A stretch of DNA of 62,425 bases, filler included. It is 4 parts of 4 records of this genome, joined end to end, with 100 filler letters (N's around TTAATTAATTAA, not from the genome) between each part and the next. Parts side by side here need not be neighbours in the genome. Positions count along the whole stretch, not along the records: positions 56,609 to 62,425 come from SRR20825006_17; 3 more parts are not named here. One strand, given 5' to 3'. The notes beneath the pieces are model-generated. The model had not been told where the DNA came from. It saw only the letters and a list, made by a program, of their open reading frames with translations, and made no database searches. The first letter of the stretch is position 1. Every line of letters starts with the position of its first letter. Positions 56,609 to 62,425 of this stretch are shown one piece after another. The position numbers and the translations under genes were made by a program.

Positions 56609-58078
56609 GACGGCGTGACCGTTGCCAAGGAAATCGAACTGGAAGACCCCTATGAAAACATGGGTGCGTCGATGGTTCGCGAAGTCGCTAGCAAGACCAG
56701 CGACGTTGCCGGTGACGGAACGACCACCGCAACCGTGATGGCCGAAGCGATCTTCAACGAAGGCCTCAAAGCCGTTGTTGCTGGCGTCAACCCAATTCAA
56801 ATGAAGAGCGGCATCGAAACCGCTGTCTCGGACATCACCGAGCAACTTCACAGCATGGCGGTCAAGGTCAAAGACCAAGAAGCCATGGCCAACGTCGCGA
56901 CCATCGCCAGCAACAACGACCGTGAAATCGGAACGTTGCTCGCCGACGCGATGAGCAAGGTCGGCAAGGACGGCGTCATCACCGTCGACGAAGGCAAGAG
57001 CCTGCAGACCGAACAAGAATGGGTCGAAGGCATGCAGTTCGACCGCGGCTACTTGTCGCCTTACTTCGTGACCGACTCGACCAGCATGGAAGTCGTTCTC
57101 GAAGACGCTTACGTCTTGGTCTTCGAAAAGAAGATCAGCAACATCAAAGACATGGTGCCGTTGCTCGAAAAAGTCGTTCAGCAAGGCAAGCCTTTGTTGA
57201 TCATCGCCGAAGACGTCGACGGCGAAGCACTCGCAACGCTCGTCATCAACCGTCTGCGTGGCACGTTCACCGTGTGTGCTGTGAAGGCACCTGGTTACGG
57301 CGATCGTCGCAAAGCCATGATGGAAGACATCGCGATTTTGACCGGTGGTCAAGCGATCTTCGAAGCTCTTGGCGTCAAGCTGGAAAGCGTCGACCTGCCA
57401 CAACTCGGTCGTGCCAAGAAGATCATCGTCGACAAAGACAACACGACGGTCATCGAAGGTGGCGGCAAGAGCGCTGACATCAAGGCTCGCATCGACCAGA
57501 TCCGTCGCGAAATCGAACTCAGCACCAGCGATTACGATCGCGAAAAATTGGAAGAGCGTTTGGCCAAGTTGGCCGGCGGTGTTGCCAAGGTGAACGTCGG
57601 TGCGGCAACCGAAAGCGAAATGAAGGAAAAGAAGGCTCGCGTCGAAGATGCGTTGCACGCGACTCGTGCGGCCGTCGAAGAAGGCATTCTGCCTGGTGGT
57701 GGCGTTGCTTTGTTGCGTGCCAGCGGCAAAGTCAAGGCTGCCGACACTCTGACCGATGACCAACTGGTTGGTTACAACATCGTTCTGCGTGCTTGCCGAG
57801 CTCCGTTGACCATGATCAGCGAAAACGCTGGCCAAGACGGTGGCATCGTCTGCGAAAAAGTTTTGGCGATGAAGGGCAACGAAGGCTACAACGCGTTGAC
57901 CGACGTTTACGAAGACTTAGTAAAGTCGGGCGTGATCGACCCAACCAAGGTGACTCGCACCGCACTGGGCAACGCCGCCAGCGTCGCAACCTTGTTGCTG
58001 ACCAGCGACGCGTTGGTTGCAGAGAAGCCAGAAAAGAGTGGCAAAGCCGGTCACGGTGGCGACCACGACATGTATTGA
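56609..58078 (+). CDS. groEL: Chaperonin GroEL (5'-truncated)
   Basis: Frame opens at [50 protein letters not shown]. Confidence 0.97.
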
Positions 58079-58125
58079 TCCAGTCGGGCCAAACGTTCGG
58101 TTCAGCCCTCTGTGTTCCAAACATC

Positions 58126-58160
58126 AAACCCTTCGCTGTTCTTCGGCGAAGGGTTTTTTT
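58126..58160 (+). terminator. Rho-independent terminator of groEL
   Basis: AAACCCTTCGCTG-TTCTT-CGGCGAAGGGTTTTTTT. Confidence 0.88.
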
Positions 58161-58270
58161 GTTGGTTTCATGATCTCACCCAGTCATTGTTTCGACACAC
58201 AACATCGTCGAGCTTCGGCGGCTATGTTTGGATGTGAAATTGTCTGTGTGTTCCTCGTCCCACATCGCTC

Positions 58271-59434
58271 ATGTTCGTCAACAAAACTAAGTTGCCGCAT
58301 CTTCTGTTGCCGGAGCACTACAGCAGCCAATCGCAATATGAAGTCGAGATGGAAGCGATGTTCCGGCCTCAGTGGCATTGGGTGGGTTCGTTGCATGATG
58401 CTCCCGGCGATGGGGACTTCTTCACTCGTGAGCTGTTTGGCGTTCCCATTTTGGTGCGGAATCATCAAGGTGCTTATCACTGCTTTCTCAATGTGTGTCC
58501 TCACCGGCACAGCACGTTGTCGAGTGAATGCGCTGGAAACAGCCCCACTTTGAAGTGCCAATATCACGGATGGGGATTCAATGTGGACGGTTCGAGCGGT
58601 CGCATTCCGGATGCAAAGAATTTCCGGCCGATGAGCGGCGGACCGGAGTGTCTGAAAAAGTTTGCGCTCGCCGTCCACGGACCCTTGATATTCGTATCGC
58701 TCGATCCGAGTTGTCCTCCACTGACGGAACAGTTCGCTCCGTTTGCTTCGGTGACGGACGAGTTCTCAAGTGATCGCTGGGCTCATGCTGAAACTTGGCA
58801 CTACGATTTTCCAGCGAACTGGAAAGTGGTGGCGGAAAACACCGTCGAGTCGTATCACCTGGAATCCGTGCACACGGATAGCTTTCGTTTCGAACCGGAA
58901 GATGCGATTGAACACGAGATTCACGATGGTGGCACGATCATGCGGGCAACCATCAAGTCCTCGCCATGGTCGACGCGGTTTTCTAATTGGGTGACAACAC
59001 AGATTCAGCCTGGATGTTCTCCGCAATACCGTATGCACCATCTCTTTCCCCATCTGTTTTTGATGCGGACCGACGTGATGCTTCAGGTGATGGTGTTGAT
59101 GCCGACATCCCCGACAACTTGTCGGGTGACCGTTTCAGTCTTCGTGCTTCGGCGTGAACACGAAACGATATGGTCAAAATGGCTAACTCGATTCTGGGGT
59201 CGCGTCAAAACATCGGCGGTCAAGAAAATCTTGGCTGAGGATGCGTCGCTTTATCCTGGAATTCAAACGGGAATGGAGCACAGTCCGTTCAAGGGCTGCG
59301 TCAGCACTCGGGAAGAACTCGTGCATGCGTTGCAAAACCATGTGGCCGAGAAGTGTGGCCTGCGATCGGAGGCGTCCCGTGATGAAGTGCCCGTCCGAGT
59401 GGACGCGCCGGTCAGCAACGAAGGTGGGCGATGA
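58271..59434 (+). CDS. Rieske non-heme iron oxygenase alpha subunit
   Basis: Rieske CPHR...CQYHGW; mononuclear Fe ligands ESYH-x4-H and AED; ANWK. Confidence 0.9.
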   Translation: MFVNKTKLPHLLLPEHYSSQSQYEVEMEAMFRPQWHWVGSLHDAPGDGDFFTRELFGVPILVRNHQGAYHCFLNVCPHRHSTLSSECAGNSPTLKCQYHGWGFNVDGSSGRIPDAKNFRPMSGGPECLKKFALAVHGPLIFVSLDPSCPPLTEQFAPFASVTDEFSSDRWAHAETWHYDFPANWKVVAENTVESYHLESVHTDSFRFEPEDAIEHEIHDGGTIMRATIKSSPWSTRFSNWVTTQIQPGCSPQYRMHHLFPHLFLMRTDVMLQVMVLMPTSPTTCRVTVSVFVLRREHETIWSKWLTRFWGRVKTSAVKKILAEDASLYPGIQTGMEHSPFKGCVSTREELVHALQNHVAEKCGLRSEASRDEVPVRVDAPVSNEGGR

Positions 59435-59970
59435 GTCAGTCGCCAGCGGCGACGGTTCGCTACGTGTTGATCGGCTATGTGCTGATTCCGTTGGCGATCA
59501 ACGTTGCAATCAATGTTTTGCTGGGATGGTTGCTGTTTCTGGATCAAGAATCGATTCCGGTGTGGGGATTCCCGCAAAGCGTTGCGATGGAAGTTGTTGG
59601 CACCGGCTTTCTGTTGCCGTTGATCACGGCGATGATCAGCTCTCGAATTCTTATCCGGCATCTTCACTCGGGGATGGTGCAGCCGATCCTCGAAGTGGAA
59701 TCAAACTCTGGGATCGTGTCGCGATTGGTGAGTTGGGTGGGCCGGATTTTGCGAGACGCATCGATTGGCGGTTGTTTGTCGTTTTCCGTGGTGGTGTTTC
59801 CCTTTTTAACGATCCCCGCATTCCTTGGGTTGCTGGACTTCCATGACGATTCAGTGGGCCCGTTCACATTGATTGCGGTGAAGGCCGTCTACGCAGGTTT
59901 GTGTGGTCTGGTGGTGACCCCACTGATTGCGGTCGGGTTGCTTCGAGAGGCCAACCATTCACCGGAGTGA
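59431..59970 (+). CDS. Hypothetical four-TM membrane protein
   Basis: ATGA overlap with the oxygenase stop; four hydrophobic segments. Confidence 0.7.
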   Translation: MSQSPAATVRYVLIGYVLIPLAINVAINVLLGWLLFLDQESIPVWGFPQSVAMEVVGTGFLLPLITAMISSRILIRHLHSGMVQPILEVESNSGIVSRLVSWVGRILRDASIGGCLSFSVVVFPFLTIPAFLGLLDFHDDSVGPFTLIAVKAVYAGLCGLVVTPLIAVGLLREANHSPE

Positions 59971-60264
59971 AGCCGGGCCGATGCTTGCTCGCGGTTGGTT
60001 TCGTTTTGCCTGCGGATCCGGAACAAGTGAATTCGCCGAATCAGAGTCGATTTTGGTTCGGCTTTGGCCGATGAGTGGTGAGTTGAGCGTCTGGGAATTT
60101 GCCGCCACGGTGGCTGTTCTTTGATCGACTTGATGCTGCCCTTTCGGGCATGTCCGAGGGCAGAAGGTCTGATGAGCGTGGTCCCGGGCTGATTCCGCCT
60201 CCGTGAAATTCGCGGAAACCCGTGAATTCCTTGGGAAGACACGATCGGAAGAAGGCCGTCGGGG

Positions 60265-60293
60265 TTGCAAATTTTCGCTCTGAGCCGTACTTT
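60265..60293 (+). promoter_or_regulatory. Sigma70-type promoter of rpsB-tsf
   Basis: TTGCAA-N17-TACTTT. Confidence 0.65.
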
Positions 60294-60299
60294 TTGCCT

Positions 60300-60506
60300 T
60301 CCTTTCCCGCCCCGCCTGCGTTTTGGCAGGGCGTATCCTTTACCCAGTTCACTGCATTTTGGGGCGAAGGGCACCGAATTCACGCGTTTTGCGTCGTTTT
60401 CACCGCTCTGGGGCTGCTGTTTTCCTGCTTGTTGGAAAGCCAGTTCTCCGAACCCGCAATGGACCAAATCCCGGAGATGCCGCGATTATGCGCGGCAAAG
60501 ATTCTG
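60300..60506 (+). promoter_or_regulatory. Long structured rpsB 5' leader (probable S2 autoregulatory element, t44-like position)
   Basis: ~200-nt GC-rich leader with pairings CCCGCCCC/GGGGCGAAGGG, CCTGC/GCAGG and CGCGT...ATGCGCG. Confidence 0.45.
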
Positions 60507-61289
60507 ATGGCGAATGAAATTGTCAAAGAGATGATTGAAGCTGGTGTCCACTTTGGTCACCGCACCAGTCTCTGGAATCCGAAGATGGCTCCTTACATCT
60601 TCGGCAAGAAAAACCAAATCCACATCCTCGACATTCGCGAAACGCTTCGCGGTCTGCTTCGAGCGAAGAAGTATTTGTCGCAAGTCGCCGCTGGCGGCAG
60701 CTTGATCCTGTTCGTCGGCACCAAGCGTCAGGCTGGTGAAGCCGTTGAGGAGCAGTCGCTGCGTTGCGGCATGCCTTTCGTCAGCGAGCGTTGGCTCGGT
60801 GGCACGCTGACCAACTTCCGCACCATTCGTAGCCGACTGGGCCGTTTGGAAGAGCTGGAAGCACTGCGTGCAGGCGATGGCATCAACGACTACAGCAAGA
60901 AAATGCAATCGTCGTTGAACCGCGAATATCGCAAAATGTATCGCAACCTGAACGGTCTGCGAACGATGAACCGTTTGCCAGAAGTCATGTTCATCGTCGA
61001 CCCGGGCAAAGAGCGCAACGCGGTTCGCGAAGCAAAACGATTGGGCATCACGACTGTTGCTCTGATCGATACCGACAGCGACCCAAGCCAAATCGATTTG
61101 CCGATTCCAGGCAACGATGACGGGATCCGCAGCGTTGAAATGATCATGCGTGAATTGGCCGACGCCGTGATCGCTGGCAAGGGACAAACCCAAACCGAAG
61201 CGGCACCAAACGCACAAGCTGCTCCTGAAGCCGCCGCGCCAGCTGAACAACCTGCTGAAGAAGCTGCCGCCGCGTCAAGCGAAGGCTGA
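60507..61289 (+). CDS. rpsB: 30S ribosomal protein S2
   Basis: [32 protein letters not shown]; true start ATG 60507 (the ORF track start is over-extended). Confidence 0.97.
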   Translation: MANEIVKEMIEAGVHFGHRTSLWNPKMAPYIFGKKNQIHILDIRETLRGLLRAKKYLSQVAAGGSLILFVGTKRQAGEAVEEQSLRCGMPFVSERWLGGTLTNFRTIRSRLGRLEELEALRAGDGINDYSKKMQSSLNREYRKMYRNLNGLRTMNRLPEVMFIVDPGKERNAVREAKRLGITTVALIDTDSDPSQIDLPIPGNDDGIRSVEMIMRELADAVIAGKGQTQTEAAPNAQAAPEAAAPAEQPAEEAAAASSEG

Positions 61290-61339
61290 TCTCGACCCCA
61301 ACATTCACTGAATTCAATCAACGATTAGGAAACAGAAAC

Positions 61340-62320
61340 ATGACGACGATTTCCGCTAAGGCGGTGAGCGAACTTCGCAAGTCCACCGGCGCTGGGATGA
61401 TGGACTGCAAGAAGGCACTGGAAGAATCCGGTGGCGACTTGGACGGCGCAATGGACTACCTCCGCAAGAAAGGCCAAAAGGTCGCCGCGAAACGTGCGGA
61501 CCGCGAAGCTTCCGAAGGCGTCGTGGCTGCTGTGGTCGAAGGCAACAAAGGTCTGCTTCTGTCGCTTGGTTGCGAAACCGATTTCGTTGCTAAGAACGAA
61601 GCGTTCATCGAGTTGACGAATACCATCGCCAAGATGGCTTTCGATGCTGACTGCAAAACCATCGACGACGTCAACGCACTCGAAATTGACGGGACGACTG
61701 TCAAGGAACGTTTGGTCAACGAAACCGGCAAGGTCGGCGAAAAGATCGAAGTGACGAACCTGGAAGTCGTTGAAGGCGAAAACCTGGCTTCGTACATCCA
61801 CGCGGGTGCGAAGATCGGCGTTTTGGTTTCGTACAAAGATGGAGCAAAAGACGACGCGGATCAGTTCTTCCGCGGCGTGTCGATGCACATCGCTGCTATG
61901 AAGCCTTCGATCCTTCATCCCAACGAATTCGACGAAGAGTTCGTGCAGAAGGAAACCGAAGCACTTCAGGCTCAGATCAACGCTGAGAATGAGTTGAACG
62001 AGAAGGAAAACCTCGGCAAGCCCATGAAGAACGTTCCTCAGTTCGCTAGCCGTCGCCAATTGACTCCCGAAGTTTTGGCTGCGACTGAAGAAGCGATCAA
62101 GGAAGAATTGAAAGCCGAAGGCAAGCCCGAGAAGATCTGGGACAAAATTGTTCCTGGGAAGCTCGAGCGTTTCATCGCCGACAACACTTTGCTCGATCAA
62201 GAGCGTTGCTTGTTGAGCCAGTTCTACGCCTTGGATGACACCAAGACCGTGGAAGCCGCAATCAAAGAATTCCACCCCGAAGCTGAAGTGGTGGCCTTCA
62301 AACGTATCTCCGTCAACTGA
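61340..62320 (+). CDS. tsf: Elongation factor Ts
   Basis: LRKSTGAGMMDCKKAL, CETDFVAKN, YIH, GKPEKIWDKI. Confidence 0.97.
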   Translation: MTTISAKAVSELRKSTGAGMMDCKKALEESGGDLDGAMDYLRKKGQKVAAKRADREASEGVVAAVVEGNKGLLLSLGCETDFVAKNEAFIELTNTIAKMAFDADCKTIDDVNALEIDGTTVKERLVNETGKVGEKIEVTNLEVVEGENLASYIHAGAKIGVLVSYKDGAKDDADQFFRGVSMHIAAMKPSILHPNEFDEEFVQKETEALQAQINAENELNEKENLGKPMKNVPQFASRRQLTPEVLAATEEAIKEELKAEGKPEKIWDKIVPGKLERFIADNTLLDQERCLLSQFYALDDTKTVEAAIKEFHPEAEVVAFKRISVN

Positions 62321-62345
62321 TCGTTGAACCGAGAATCAGAAATAC

Positions 62346-62388
62346 AAAACGCCTTGCTCATGGCTTTCATGAGCAAGGCGTTTTTTTT
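62346..62388 (+). terminator. Rho-independent terminator of rpsB-tsf
   Basis: AAAACGCCTTGCTCATG-GCTTT-CATGAGCAAGGCGTTTTTTTT. Confidence 0.93.
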
Positions 62389-62399
62389 GTGATCCACCC

Positions 62400-62423
62400 G
62401 TAGCCGGATTCGCCAGAATTCGG
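62400..62423 (+). repeat. REP-like element (GTAG + imperfect palindrome) at the contig end
   Basis: GTAG-CCGGATTC-GCCA-GAATTCGG. Confidence 0.55.
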
Positions 62424-62425
62424 AT

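Noticed and set aside
56561..57835. Long antisense ORFs opposite groEL, rpsB (60486-61250) and tsf (61325-62275)
   Set aside because: Shadow frames expected from codon bias in highly expressed GC-rich genes; no recognisable protein features
60222..60506. 95-aa N-terminal extension of ribosomal protein S2
   Set aside because: The region contains the promoter and leader; S2 homology starts at ATG 60507
56609..62425. GC-rich block as a genomic island in a Bacteroidota genome
   Set aside because: The shift coincides with an artificial spacer and the block holds core genes (groEL, rpsB, tsf) of another organism
1..62425. CRISPR arrays, IS elements, integrases, rRNA
   Set aside because: No regularly spaced repeats, transposase or integrase motifs, or rRNA-like sequence seen by eye

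Overview
This window is not one locus. It is four unrelated contigs joined by artificial 100-nt spacers (44 N + TTAATTAATTAA + 44 N) at 14041-14140, 33435-33534 and 56509-56608. Taxonomic calls below are inferred from gene content and composition. Contig 1 (1-14040) looks like Bacteroidota (Crocinitomicaceae/Cryomorphaceae-like): partial tRNA(CAT), heme A synthase, SDR, two T9SS cargo proteins, a DUF5686 outer-membrane protein, a radical SAM/SPASM enzyme and paaZ. Contig 2 (14141-33434) looks like Flavobacteriaceae: SPFH 3' end, ytxH-holin-DUF6327 operon, glnS, folB, tRNA-Cys, lysE, rnr, a 1.1-kb intergenic region holding an unannotated small-protein gene and an oriC-like DnaA-box/DnaA-trio array, then GNAT, S41 protease, rnpA, two M1 peptidases and an S8 protease. 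Contig 3 (33535-56508) is a more AT-rich Flavobacteriaceae: ATPase-vWA pair, sodC, a giant TraB/GumN protein, lpdA, PLP lyase, a YadA-head fibre protein, nhaC, a peroxiredoxin-thioredoxin-DUF6952 operon, tpx, dgkA, ftsK-lolA-lptF/G, ribB, a kdnA-like aminotransferase and a nitroreductase. Contig 4 (56609-62425) is GC-rich and Rhodopirellula-like: groEL, Rieske oxygenase plus membrane protein, rpsB, tsf and a REP-like repeat. I found no CRISPR array, prophage or IS element. Most content is housekeeping. The best leads are non-coding or unannotated: the oriC candidate with no dnaA nearby, a 34-aa membrane microprotein transcription unit, a recurring ECF-type promoter motif, a hammerhead-like RNA, and several uncharacterised operons and domain fusions.
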